Origin: a virus
Lineage: Duplodnaviria > Caudoviricetes
Reading direction: 5' to 3' (one strand)
Length of the DNA stretch: 64,000 bases
Virus record (IMG/VR): IMGVR_UViG_3300027566_000003
Under the pieces are notes generated by a model. It did not search any database and was not told the origin of the DNA. It saw only the letters and a program-made list of their open reading frames with translations. Each line of letters starts with the position of its first letter. The stretch's first letter is position 1. A program made the translations under genes and the position numbers. Positions 20,581-31,886 of this stretch are shown in pieces.

Positions 20581-22185
20581 TCACTTTGAATATTTCTTTT
20601 TATTATTTTTATTTCCACTGTCAACATTATGGTTTGATGGTACTAATGCACCTATATTTGACCAAATATTATAATCTAAATCCACATCGTATAAAATTAT
20701 ACCATTCTTATTCCCACCACGATTTTTTTCAACCTTAACTCCATAATATGTTTTATTTGGATTTAGATTTTCATAGGCTTCTTCTCCCCAACAACCAATA
20801 GGTATATATTTGTATTTATGATAATCTTCTTTATTTAGTCTTTTACCTAAACTTAAATGATCAGCAATATGTTTTATTTGTTTTGCATTTGCAATATGAT
20901 TGCTATTTAATTCAAATACATCAGTGTAAACTGCATCATCCGTAAGTTGAAACACAGCATATAAAAACATATTTATTTCTTTCATCAATTCTTTAAGTTT
21001 TGTCGCAGTTTGTTTTACAGTTTGCCAATCATCAGTACCAAACCCCTTTAGGGTATCGTAACCACCATATTTAATTCCATATATCATTTGGTGTTTCTTA
21101 AATTCAAATTCTAATGCCGTATCAGAATAATCCATTCCAACATCTTTAAAAAACAATTGTGTTTCCCTTTTGCTATCTACCCACTTAGCAACCTCTTGTG
21201 TCAATCTATATTCATTGGAATTTTTAGTCACTCTTTTAATATATTCATCTTCATCTTCAATAAAAATACCATGATTATTTGTTTTTCTGTATATAAATTC
21301 GCTACTAATATCATCTTTATATAATCCTAAGACTACTTCTCGTTCTTTTTTTACTATATCAATTCCATGTATTTCTTTAAACTCTTTATTATTTAATACT
21401 GTAGTAATTAAACAACTTCTTAAATCTTCTTCGTCCATTTCATTACTGGCTAAAAAAAATTTCTCATTCTTAACCATAGTAATATATGTAGCTAACAACA
21501 TTAATTTTCTAGTTTTACCTTCGTTTGATAACAAACCATCAAAAATTACTTTTCCCGATCTACATCCCCTAAACATTTCATTATACATATTCCAAGGAGT
21601 CATTAATCCCATTTGTGGAGTAATTAAATATTTATTTACTGTATCACTTACACCACTATTAATTACTGAACTTTCTTTGTTGCATAATATAACTGTGCTA
21701 ACTTTATCTGCGCCAGCCTTAATTGTTTTATAAACCTGCTCTGCTGTCATTGATGGGAATCTTTGATGTTGCACCATTTTTTGTATAGGATAACCTTTTC
21801 TATGGTATTCCCTAACAAGAGAATACTTTTTTACAGTTTCAAAATAATTATCTATGTCACTCGTATCACTAATAAGCACTATTTTTTTTATTGTTTCATA
21901 TCTTCCAAAGTTAGAATATATTTTAAATCTTTCTGAATCCTGTGTTATAAAAGTATTAACTTTAAACTCATCAATTGTTTGTGAAAATGTTTTATACATC
22001 AACTCAAAACAATCATAAAAAAACTTCATTGCCTCATCAGCAAAATCATATTTACTTCTAATAAATTGACCATATTTTATGTATAAATCTGGTTCTTTAT
22101 AAAAACATCCTACAAGTAGCATTTCATTTTGAACGTTTACTAATAAATCCTTTAGTTCACCTAAGTCACTATTGATTTTAGTAAT
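20581..22185 (-). CDS. Replicative DnaB-like helicase (YorI-like); probable ATT start at 22185
   Basis: P-loop variant GLLSNEGKTR, SNEM, VFQLTD, VEKNRGG; frame is open 63 nt above the track ATG, to an ATT following GGGGTGAG. Confidence 0.8.
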   Translation of the reverse strand: MTKINSDLGELKDLLVNVQNEMLLVGCFYKEPDLYIKYGQFIRSKYDFADEAMKFFYDCFELMYKTFSQTIDEFKVNTFITQDSERFKIYSNFGRYETIKKIVLISDTSDIDNYFETVKKYSLVREYHRKGYPIQKMVQHQRFPSMTAEQVYKTIKAGADKVSTVILCNKESSVINSGVSDTVNKYLITPQMGLMTPWNMYNEMFRGCRSGKVIFDGLLSNEGKTRKLMLLATYITMVKNEKFFLASNEMDEEDLRSCLITTVLNNKEFKEIHGIDIVKKEREVVLGLYKDDISSEFIYRKTNNHGIFIEDEDEYIKRVTKNSNEYRLTQEVAKWVDSKRETQLFFKDVGMDYSDTALEFEFKKHQMIYGIKYGGYDTLKGFGTDDWQTVKQTATKLKELMKEINMFLYAVFQLTDDAVYTDVFELNSNHIANAKQIKHIADHLSLGKRLNKEDYHKYKYIPIGCWGEEAYENLNPNKTYYGVKVEKNRGGNKNGIILYDVDLDYNIWSNIGALVPSNHNVDSGNKNNKKKYSK

Positions 22186-22215
22186 TTAAACTCACCCCTA
22201 ACCATAGTCCAGATA

Positions 22216-22668
22216 TTAAATCAATTCATCTATTAAATCCGCAAAATTATTTTCTTCATTAGTATTTTTTATTTTTTGGTTATTGCTTTGACTATACAAA
22301 ACTTCAGTTATTACTACACTTTCTTTTAAATTGCTATTATCTGCTGATTGGGCTTTTTGTCTATCCAACCATGACAAATAATCATCGTATTTTGAAATGA
22401 TTATTGCCAAATCATAGTTTAGTCGTGCATAATTATCTAGTTTTTTACCTTTTGAAATATTTTTTGAATTTACTTTATCTAAATAACTAGATTTCCTAAT
22501 CCACATATCATACATATGTTCTGGAGGTATGGGTTTTGATAAACCGTCAAGTTTACCTTTAAATATATTTGACATTTTTATAAAGAATTGTTTTGGAAGT
22601 TTAGTAACTTCATATTTGTCTTGTAAATAGTTAAATAATATTTTTCTATCAAATTTGTCTTTACTCAA
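22216..22668 (-). CDS. Hypothetical protein in replication operon (YorH position; possible helicase loader)
   Basis: Synteny with the SPbeta yorF-L block; RBS and TTG start. Confidence 0.5.
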   Translation of the reverse strand: MSKDKFDRKILFNYLQDKYEVTKLPKQFFIKMSNIFKGKLDGLSKPIPPEHMYDMWIRKSSYLDKVNSKNISKGKKLDNYARLNYDLAIIISKYDDYLSWLDRQKAQSADNSNLKESVVITEVLYSQSNNQKIKNTNEENNFADLIDELI

Positions 22669-22696
22669 TATACAAACACCTTCTATGTATTTATAT

Positions 22697-22734
22697 TATA
22701 TAAGTCAAGGCATGAAAATACCCTGACTTATATA
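22697..22734. terminator. Stem-loop downstream of the AAA ATPase gene
   Basis: TATATAAGTCA / TGACTTATATA 11-bp inverted repeat. Confidence 0.5.
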
Positions 22735-22750
22735 ATTTTTTATATTTATA

Positions 22751-23905
22751 TTAACTTATTAATTCCAATGCTTTTTCAACAACCTCTATATTAGTTACAT
22801 TTTTAAAAGTAATTGGCAACCCTTCTTGTTTCAACTTGACTTTCATTTCTTCTTTTTCTTTTGGAGTTAATGAAGTTAGTTTTTGCATTAGTTGTTCCTT
22901 AAGTGAATCCAAGTCTTTAGTTTCGCTGTTTTCATTATCACTGTCGTTTGTTTCTGAACCAAGCACCTCTTTTTCAGTCTCTCTTAGTTCTTGTTTAATA
23001 GCATCATGCAATCTATTTTGAACAACAACGTCTTTATTATCTTTTGTTTTATCGATAACTGATTGGAAAGTGAATAATGAGGGATCTTCTACAATTTCGC
23101 CATTTTGATATGTTTTAGTTCTGTCTTTAACAACATGCGCTTTAACTAATTCCATATCTCCTTCTTCTCTGAACAATCTCATTTCTGTTTTTACATTGTA
23201 CCCCATGCCTTTAAATCCTTCTGGAATCTTCTTGCCAGTTGAAATAGAAGTAATTTTACCTTCAGAATCTTTTACAGATATTTTTTCATCAACTTCTCTG
23301 GCAGTTACAATATAATGCAACCCACTTCCAGTCAAGGTTAGCACTAAATCTTGACCTTTGAAATTGATAGTATTGTAATCCTTTAGTTCAATCCCTGCGC
23401 CTTCTACTTTTACAAATTTTTCTTCACCTAACAACTTGTCTCTTTCTGCTTTTACATTTGCCCTTTTTTTGCTAAACTCAATTATGCCTTGCTTTACTGC
23501 CAAATTTAAAACTGATGTTCCATCAACAACAATCGCATCTGGAACAAATTGTTCTCCATCTGCATCCAATATCATTTTATCAAAATTTTCTTTACCTTCT
23601 TCATTAAGTTCATAAAAAGGCTCTTTTTTTGTTGCTTTTTCTATGTATTGATTTACCTCTTTTAGGGACTGTGTGTAAACAATATATAAATTCTCTAAAT
23701 TAATTCCGTCTGCCTCAATGTCTTCTAGCATATCGTCAATTGAACCGGATTCTCCATCTAGAAATAACACTCTAAATGGTTTCCCATCTGGTCTTTTTAA
23801 GTATAAAAACTGTGAAGATATTGTACTTTTACCAGTTCCTTGTTCACCAAAAAGTAACATTTGAATTTTACTTTGTACTTTTCCACCTTTTCTTGCAGTT
23901 GCCAT
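22751..23905 (-). CDS. AAA-family ATPase (Sak4/AAA_24-like; YorG-like)
   Basis: Walker A GEQGTGKS, FLDGE, Walker B IVVDG, VTARE. Confidence 0.75.
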   Translation of the reverse strand: MATARKGGKVQSKIQMLLFGEQGTGKSTISSQFLYLKRPDGKPFRVLFLDGESGSIDDMLEDIEADGINLENLYIVYTQSLKEVNQYIEKATKKEPFYELNEEGKENFDKMILDADGEQFVPDAIVVDGTSVLNLAVKQGIIEFSKKRANVKAERDKLLGEEKFVKVEGAGIELKDYNTINFKGQDLVLTLTGSGLHYIVTAREVDEKISVKDSEGKITSISTGKKIPEGFKGMGYNVKTEMRLFREEGDMELVKAHVVKDRTKTYQNGEIVEDPSLFTFQSVIDKTKDNKDVVVQNRLHDAIKQELRETEKEVLGSETNDSDNENSETKDLDSLKEQLMQKLTSLTPKEKEEMKVKLKQEGLPITFKNVTNIEVVEKALELIS

Positions 23906-23966
23906 ATATTATAGTTACCTCCATTTTTATTATTCTTTTATATTCTCTAATTACATTTTAGATAAT

Positions 23967-23990
23967 GGAAAGTGGTTTTTACCACTCTCC
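23967..23990 (-). terminator. Hairpin overlapping the SSB-like gene stop
   Basis: GGAGAGUGGU-AAAA-ACCACUUUCC. Confidence 0.55.
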
Positions 23991-24968
23991 GTCATCTACG
24001 TCATTTACGCTACTTCCAGATCCCCAATCTCCTTGTGCATTACTTGACTGCTCAATTTTTTGAATAGCTTCTTCAATTTTTTCTTTAGTATAAGTAGTAG
24101 TATCTAATGTATTTCCCTTTGCTCCCGTAATTACTAATCTTCTTGTTGTTGGACTACCAATTTTTTTAGTAGGATCGCTTTCACCCCACGTATCATCATC
24201 TGTGACTGTTTCAACATTTTCTGATACTTCAATATGTCCATGAACTTGAATTGCATTATAAGATTTTAATTTCTGTTTAAAAGTATTAGCCAAAGCTTTA
24301 TCTTTAACAATAAACTCAGCATCTTCAATAGATGAATATGTTACAATTTTAGTTGAAACAACAAATTCGTTATCTTTTTTGTCTATGCCCATAAATACGA
24401 TTTGCTGACTAAAATCTGATTTGAGTTCAAAGTTTTCATCAGAAAAATCTAGATCTTTGCTACATAAGGAAATTTGTTGTGGTACAAATTTAATAGAACG
24501 TTTTTTTCCATCCTGACCTTCAAAACTACTAAACTCTATTTTACCTTTGGAAAAAATACTCATATCATCTTCTAATGTCTCTTCAATTTTTTTACAAGCG
24601 TCATATTCCGTAAGAGTTTGTTGAATGTTTTTACCACTTTCATCTTTTTCTAAACCAACCCTTAATCCAATAAGATTGTATCCTTCTTTATTAAATGTTT
24701 TTCTTTTATCCCATTTAACTTTTTCAGTAACAGATTTCCCTTCTTTATCTCTTGATGAAAAAACAACCTCATCTTTAACCATTCCATTAAGATTAAGATA
24801 AATAGATTTGTTTGGTTCTACTTCGACACCAAAATTTAGGATTCTCATATCTTTTAATGTCTTGGTTTTCTTTTCTGTATAAAATTTTTCCTTATCAGTT
24901 CCGTTAACAATACCTCTAATTTGATATAATCCTGTTGTTTCTTGTAAACCATGTTTTGTTTTTGCCAT
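23979..24968 (-). CDS. ssDNA-binding protein-like (YorF-like)
   Basis: Beta-rich with acidic aromatic-ending tail (DVDDGEW); first gene of the replication block. Confidence 0.55.
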   Translation of the reverse strand: MAKTKHGLQETTGLYQIRGIVNGTDKEKFYTEKKTKTLKDMRILNFGVEVEPNKSIYLNLNGMVKDEVVFSSRDKEGKSVTEKVKWDKRKTFNKEGYNLIGLRVGLEKDESGKNIQQTLTEYDACKKIEETLEDDMSIFSKGKIEFSSFEGQDGKKRSIKFVPQQISLCSKDLDFSDENFELKSDFSQQIVFMGIDKKDNEFVVSTKIVTYSSIEDAEFIVKDKALANTFKQKLKSYNAIQVHGHIEVSENVETVTDDDTWGESDPTKKIGSPTTRRLVITGAKGNTLDTTTYTKEKIEEAIQKIEQSSNAQGDWGSGSSVNDVDDGEW

Positions 24969-26250
24969 ATGTATAAATACCCTCTTCCATTATTTTTATT
25001 TTATTATCATTAAGTAAATAATTATTATATTGCAATAGGTGGCGGTACTCCACGTTTAATTGCTTTCCAACCTGTACCTGAATTCTTCAAGCAAGCAATC
25101 AATCCTTTCTAAAATTTATAATAGCTTAAAATTTTCCTTTGAAGTGATCAACCAACCCTACACCGAATATCATGTTCCTTCATAAAGTCAACAATCTTCC
25201 TGTGTCCAATTACCTCTTCTGGTCTTAATTTCTTGTACTGCTCAATTGTCATTTGTTTGAGTCGTGCAATCATTTTCTTTACTTTTTTCCTACGATTGTA
25301 TGATACACTCATATTTTTTTATATCTCCTTCTATTTATTATTTTAGCTTCTTTCTACAACTATAAACGATATACCATTATGACTCTTATGAAAATGTGTT
25401 GTTTCTAAACTATGTAAATCTGTTTGAATAAAATAATACTGATCATCTTCGCCTAGAATTACTCGATAAGAGTCTTTCGCAAATGTATCAAAGTCTTTAA
25501 GAAATCTTACTTTCTGCATGTTTCACCTCCTTCAATAAAAATACTGTGAAATAACTGTTCTAATTGGTTATCTTATGCGTTTCACACTCGTTAATAATTT
25601 CATTTAATCGGTCAATACGTGTCTGAATTAATCCATTATAAACTTCAACGCATTCTTCATATGTATTCGCATAGTGCCTAGAATAAATATCTACTACTTT
25701 ACTTTTAACTGGTTCATCATTTTTATTAAGTGGTACAAATACTTGACTGCTATATTTAGGTTTCGTCATTCCTGCTTGACGCTTATCTAAAATAACTCCT
25801 CTTATTGGTAATTGTTTTAAATGTGAATAATCATAATTATTATCTTCGTCATACGCACATGCCCAAACTATACTTTTATGTCCTAAACTCTTTCTATCTA
25901 ATTCCATATGTTTACCTCCAATCCTATTAAACTAAACTTTCAATGTATTGTCTTTTGTATTGTTTGTTATCTCATTTAATTCCAATCCAAGTAAAAAATC
26001 AGATGCTTGATGTAATGCTTCATCAATAGTATTTCCTGTAAACATTTTATCTTTAAGCAATCTATCTTCTTCATCTGGATCTTGATAATCTGTCATTCCA
26101 AAATCATAACCTTTGTTTGCAACCAACCAAACTAGAAACCCTTTATTTGCTCCTGTTTTTTCTTCATTAAGACACCTTACCTGTGCTACTCTTATATTGT
26201 TCATTATTGAGTTAATCAAAACAACATGCCTCCCTATTTATTATTTTCTA

Positions 26251-26871
26251 CTAACTAAACTCAATAAAATTCCTCCAAAACAACAATTCACTACCACATC
26301 TATAGGCAACTCTTTCTAAACTTCTTTCACACCATTTTCTATAAGCTTCCTCGTCTTTAAATCTTGAGTCAATTCTTTTCTTAGCTTTTCTTACCAAGGA
26401 TACACCCTTCATGTCTGAAATCTTTTGAGAATATTTTTTCATCTCAAAAATACTAAGATCAACCTCGATAACGCCTATATCCTTTGGAATCGTATCGATA
26501 GGAATAGTATTTATAGGACAAATTATGTATGTATAGGCACTTGCACAACAGAAACCATTGTTAAAATCACTTAAACTTGCTTTTGCTTCTATACCTTTCA
26601 TATCATAATGAAACTTTCTAGGAGCAACACGTACTTTCTTCAAACCAACACAATCGATTATTTCTTTTCTCTTTTTGCCAATATCTAAGTCCCACATGCC
26701 TGATACTTCAGTTGCTAAAATTTTATAACCCCATCCAAAAAGTATGTATTTGGATATTTCCTTTAGTAAGAAATGTGTTTCTGTTTCATTTTTAGGTTGT
26801 TTGAAATTCAATTTACCACCTCGATTCCATCCTTTCTTATAGAATAACCTTCCTACTTTAGGATACCACAA
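26251..26871 (-). CDS. PD-(D/E)xK nuclease-like, MmcB-like protein (true start probably a downstream TTG)
   Basis: IIDCVG...GIEAKASLSDF...YTYIICP...IPKDIGVI. Confidence 0.4.
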   Translation of the reverse strand: MWYPKVGRLFYKKGWNRGGKLNFKQPKNETETHFLLKEISKYILFGWGYKILATEVSGMWDLDIGKKRKEIIDCVGLKKVRVAPRKFHYDMKGIEAKASLSDFNNGFCCASAYTYIICPINTIPIDTIPKDIGVIEVDLSIFEMKKYSQKISDMKGVSLVRKAKKRIDSRFKDEEAYRKWCERSLERVAYRCGSELLFWRNFIEFS

Positions 26872-27628
26872 CCAAATTACAATTGCAAATAAATTATTTT
26901 ATATTTGTTAATGTAATTCTCTTTTGGCATATTTTACATTTTTATTTAAATAAAATACAGCATCTTCAACTGCTAGTTTCATTACCGACACTTCCCCATC
27001 TATCAGACGTAATATTAAATCATAGGCCACTACTAAATCTTCATACATCTGTTCTTCGAGCTTTGACATCTCAACCTCCTTAAAATCCTCTTTCCCAAAT
27101 AATCTTGACTTCACCAATTTTGTTTACAAAGAATTCATTATAACAATTTTTACACTTTCTTGGAGTAAATTCACTTATGTATTGGTAATGATATTTACCA
27201 CATAGAGGGCAGTACCATTCATATTTATCCAAGGCAATCACTCCTATGTAATTATTTATTTATTAATTATATGTTACTCCTTTGTACCCCTTCATATCAG
27301 TATCCATTCTTACTTCTGTTTCTAATGAATATTCAATATCTAAATGTTCCAAAGCATTTGTAAAACCATCAAGAAAATCATCAGGATTACCATGAATATT
27401 GTCATTCCAATATATAATCCATTTTCTATCTTCATCAACTAAAGCGGTTTGTGCATAATCTCCAAATTGAACATCTTCAAAATTTACATCTTTAATTGAT
27501 GTACATTCGCCATCATTAATTAATTCATCTAATAATTCTTGATCTATTACTGCAATTTGAGTTAGGTTTAACATTTATTTTCTCTCCTTTATATTAGTAA
27601 TTTACTATAGATTGAATGATTTAATGGG

Positions 27629-28525
27629 TTATTTATTACCTATAATATCTTTTACAATCTGAGGTATTTTACTACCAATTGCTTTCCTAAGTGCTTGAAT
27701 CTCATATCCTTCAGGTAAAGAATCACTTTCTTCTTTGAGAATATCTTCATAAATTCTAGTACCTAAATTACTAAGAATTAATCTCATATCTTCAATCCCA
27801 AAATCAGATTCAAGAATACCCTCATCAACTAATTTATATAACATCTTATCTACTCTAGCTTTTGTAACACACATATTAGCAAATTCTTGTTCAGGCGTAG
27901 CAGGTCGATTAGGATCTTTAGGTGGTTTCTGTTTTTGTGTTTCTGCGAATTCTTCATGGACTAATTTTACAAAACATTGATGTCCATATTTGTCTCTGTA
28001 TTTCACATTCTTAACTACAATTCCCTCACCAAAATTTACTGCCATATCTGACTTACCAACAAAACTCATCAAATGTTCGAACGATATGTATTGACCTTTA
28101 TATAAGATTGGTACTGTATTAAGACCTAATCTATTTGCTTCATTTTCCATAATGTCATCTGATAAGTATTCTTGTAATTCATCATCATAAACACTAAATA
28201 AATAGAATTTTTGATAGCACTCTTGTTTATATTGAATCTTATGTGATACCAACCATTCTCCGAAATACCTATACCTTGGATTCAACAATTCAGGTTTAAT
28301 TCCTTGAACCCATCCATAATATCCTCGCAAAGTATTAACCTCATCTACTGGAGTGTTTCTTGAAAATCCATCCACCTTATTTTCTTCATTTAATTTAAAG
28401 CTTGAATTTGCTCCATCTAGTTTTTCAGTTACCTCTATATAGTCTCCTTCATTTAAAACACCCACTGTTGATCTATGCCCTAGTCGAACAACATCAGTAT
28501 ATTTTTTAATTTCTCCCATTAACAC
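27629..28525 (-). CDS. RNA ligase, Rnl2 family
   Basis: Motif I TEKLDGANSSF, III FGEW, IIIa FYLFSVY, IV GEGIVVK, V FVKLV. Confidence 0.85.
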   Translation of the reverse strand: MLMGEIKKYTDVVRLGHRSTVGVLNEGDYIEVTEKLDGANSSFKLNEENKVDGFSRNTPVDEVNTLRGYYGWVQGIKPELLNPRYRYFGEWLVSHKIQYKQECYQKFYLFSVYDDELQEYLSDDIMENEANRLGLNTVPILYKGQYISFEHLMSFVGKSDMAVNFGEGIVVKNVKYRDKYGHQCFVKLVHEEFAETQKQKPPKDPNRPATPEQEFANMCVTKARVDKMLYKLVDEGILESDFGIEDMRLILSNLGTRIYEDILKEESDSLPEGYEIQALRKAIGSKIPQIVKDIIGNK

Positions 28526-31500
28526 TTCTCCTCTTTAATTATTTTCTTATTACTACTTAATCTCAGCAATCTCTTCTACTTGATGACCGCCACAATTCAA
28601 ACACCTGATAACCAAACATAATTGATGAGAATCATCTAATCTAACGCTTTCCATTAAAGTAAGATGTACTCCACAATATTCACAAGTTTTTAAGAGTTTT
28701 ATATCTTGCATTTTTTCACTCCTTCCATTAAAGCAATTAAAATCAAACATTTATGCTATTTTCTATCAAGATATATTTGAGTAAACACTGATGCTCCTCC
28801 TATTGCAACAGCGTACCAATATTGAGCATGTATGGGTATTTGTGGATATAAGTAAAATCCTAATGCAGTAATAACAATTGTACTAATCATTCCTAACATT
28901 ATTTTCCCTCCTTTCTATAACCGATTAAAAACTACATTTGCTTTGAAATTAATAAGATTCTTCTTGAAAATCTTGCATTTCTAGTTTCCCATCTTCATTT
29001 ATCCATGCCATTGCATAACAATTAATTTCATAACCAGGGCTATCAAATCCTCCGCAATGACATGTATCGCACTGAATATTAAATTTGGTTCTTACTTCTT
29101 CTGCAACCGTTTCAACATACTCGCCAACAGGAGAACACTCTTGATTATCGACTAATTCAGCCATTCTAATAGCTACAAAATCATTTATTTTACTCATTTT
29201 TATATTCTTCCTTCTTTCCCATAAATTCTTAATTTCATCCTAATTCAATTGCTTTAAATTGTTGTTGTAAATGTTCTAATTTCTGTTTAGCTAAATCCAT
29301 TAGACTTGGATTAATAAACAAATCACAGAATTCTTTGTTACTAATATTAAGAACTCTCAGTATATCTTTAGAGGTTATACCTTTCTTTTCTTGTTTTAAT
29401 ACGAAACTAACTTCTTTAACTTCAAAATCTCCCTCTAGAGACTGAATAAATTTTTCTGCTTGCTTAATTTGAGAATTTAATCCTTCTAATTTTTTAAACT
29501 TGCTATGCATTTCTTCAAAATCTTTAATTTCCACTTTATTCCTCTTTCCCAACCCTATAGAAGAGTCATTTGTTTGTATTTAAATTACAATCTTTTGTTT
29601 CTTTATTCCAACGTTTACATTTTTCTTCACTACATAAATTTCCTAGATGCTGACCATCTAATACTTTCAACATACATAATCTAACTTTAATATCTTCCTG
29701 TTTATTCATACTACCCTCCCCAGAAATGAATTGTTTTAAACTTTTAATATACTTTTCACTTCTTGAAATACTTTAAGTGCATCTGGATTATATTTTATTC
29801 CAAAATAACGTTCATCTCTATGCTCTCTAATATCCATATCTGAACACTTCCCTAAAGCCAATAATATTGTTCCTAAATCACTTTCTGAAATTAAAATAGT
29901 AAATTGTTTTTCTAAATTTTCTATTTTGATTAATTTCATTTTAATTATTATCTCCTTCCAAAATAGTAATCAATGGTGCGGGGTTAATCATTTTGCCTAA
30001 TAATTCTTCTCTGATTATTTCGGTGATTTTCCCTAAAATTTCAATAATATTCTCAGAATCAGATTCAAAAGTTAATTTATATTCAAATTTATTCATAATG
30101 TCAAACATCCTTTCTATCCAATTTTGTATTCCCTTTCATATCTAATACCTAATTCCTCATTTAACATGTTATACTTTTTCATATCTTTCTCGAACCAAGA
30201 TGTATCTGTTCCAGGATAATTCTTAATCCAAAGCACACAACCCTCACTTACTAAAAACGTTAAGCATCCATATAGACATAATTCTTGTGAACCTAATTTT
30301 ACTTTCTTAGCTAAATGATAATTTCTGGTTAATTTCTTTTGAACCATTTCATATGTAAGAAGTTTATTACCCTTTACTTTATTAGTATAGCAATCATATA
30401 CATGATCATTTAGAGTTAGAATTTGAATATCTTCTTCATTATTTTTAGGTTTTATATTCCAAAATGCCATTAATTATTTCCCTCCTCCACAATCTCATAT
30501 TCACCATTAAATATTGAAAATTCACCTCCGTTTATAATTATCTCAGCATGGCCCTCCTCATCAATTTCTGCTTTAAATATCTGCCCAATCACCTTTATTA
30601 ATCTTTTCTTTTGCTTCCTTAATATTCTCTGCCGAAACATATCCTTTGCCAATACTATTTACTTCAATAAGAAAACGAAAACTTTTCATATTTTTTCACC
30701 CAGATCCTTTCAAACAGAATTTTTATTTGGTTAATTCTCAGTACACATAAACCATTTACCACGCTCTATCATTCTTTGGTTTAATATTACTGTTGCGTTG
30801 TTCTTGGAAAAATCAAATTGCCAAATTGAATAATTAACTCTACATTCAATTTTATATCCTAATGTAAATTTATGTAATGCTGTACTTAAATCTGTTTCTA
30901 TCCAATTTTTATCTTTGTTCATACCGAATTCTTTTTTACAAGTTAAACACCAGTCACTATCAGATGGTAAAGAACACATTGAACAATCACCATCAAACAT
31001 ACTCATATTAATCTTATCCCTCCTATAAATCTAAGATCCATTTTACTAAGCAAACTGTTTAAATACCTTCTCTGATTCTTTACCCATTGTCTCACCCATC
31101 ATTGCACCAGCAGATGCCAATTGTTCTTGAACTTTAGAAACATTAATCCTTACTTCTTTCTCTAAAACATCACAAACATCTAAAGATACACTGATATGAT
31201 AGACTGCTCCAGTTTGTTTTTGTTCTTTAGTCCATCCTACAATTGTACTTACTCCATTTTTGGCATTGTCTAATTCCTCTTTAGTCGTGTAAAGGTGTAA
31301 TGTTAATCCTGTACTTTTAATCATTTTTATTTTTCTTCTTTCTATTAATTTTATTTATTATTTATTTCATCTACTTCAGCCCAAATTGCTGTTAATAAAA
31401 GTATTACTGCGCTTACTGGTTTACCAACATAAGAAAAATATATTGCACTAGCAACCATAGCTATATGTAACCATTGATTTAATTCGTGTTTGGTAAATTT

Positions 31501-31857
31501 ATTAAACATTTATTTTACTCCTTTTTATTCCAATAGAATCAACTTATTAACTGATCTTATTCATCCATTATTCTAGTATTGCAATTACAATCCGATTCTT
31601 CATCATCTTCTAGTGGACACCATTCAGAAAAATAATCTTTATCTGTTTGCATATGTATGAATTTCCAATTCTTTTCTCCAGCAACTTTACATCTGTATTC
31701 ACTGATGGTTTTGCCAGTTTTAGTTTTTGTGTTCATTGAAAAGATATTAGGGCAATTTAAACAATGAGTAACTTTTTGTGTATATAGTTTTATGATTTAC
31801 TCACCTCCTTCCCTAACCCTATAAATGAAACCTTTCGTGCTATTTATATATACATTT

Positions 31858-31886
31858 ATTATATATTATTCATGCTATTAAGTCAA
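31858..31886 (-). promoter_or_regulatory. sigma-A-like promoter
   Basis: TTGACT-17 bp-TATAAT in an AT-rich intergenic gap. Confidence 0.65.
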
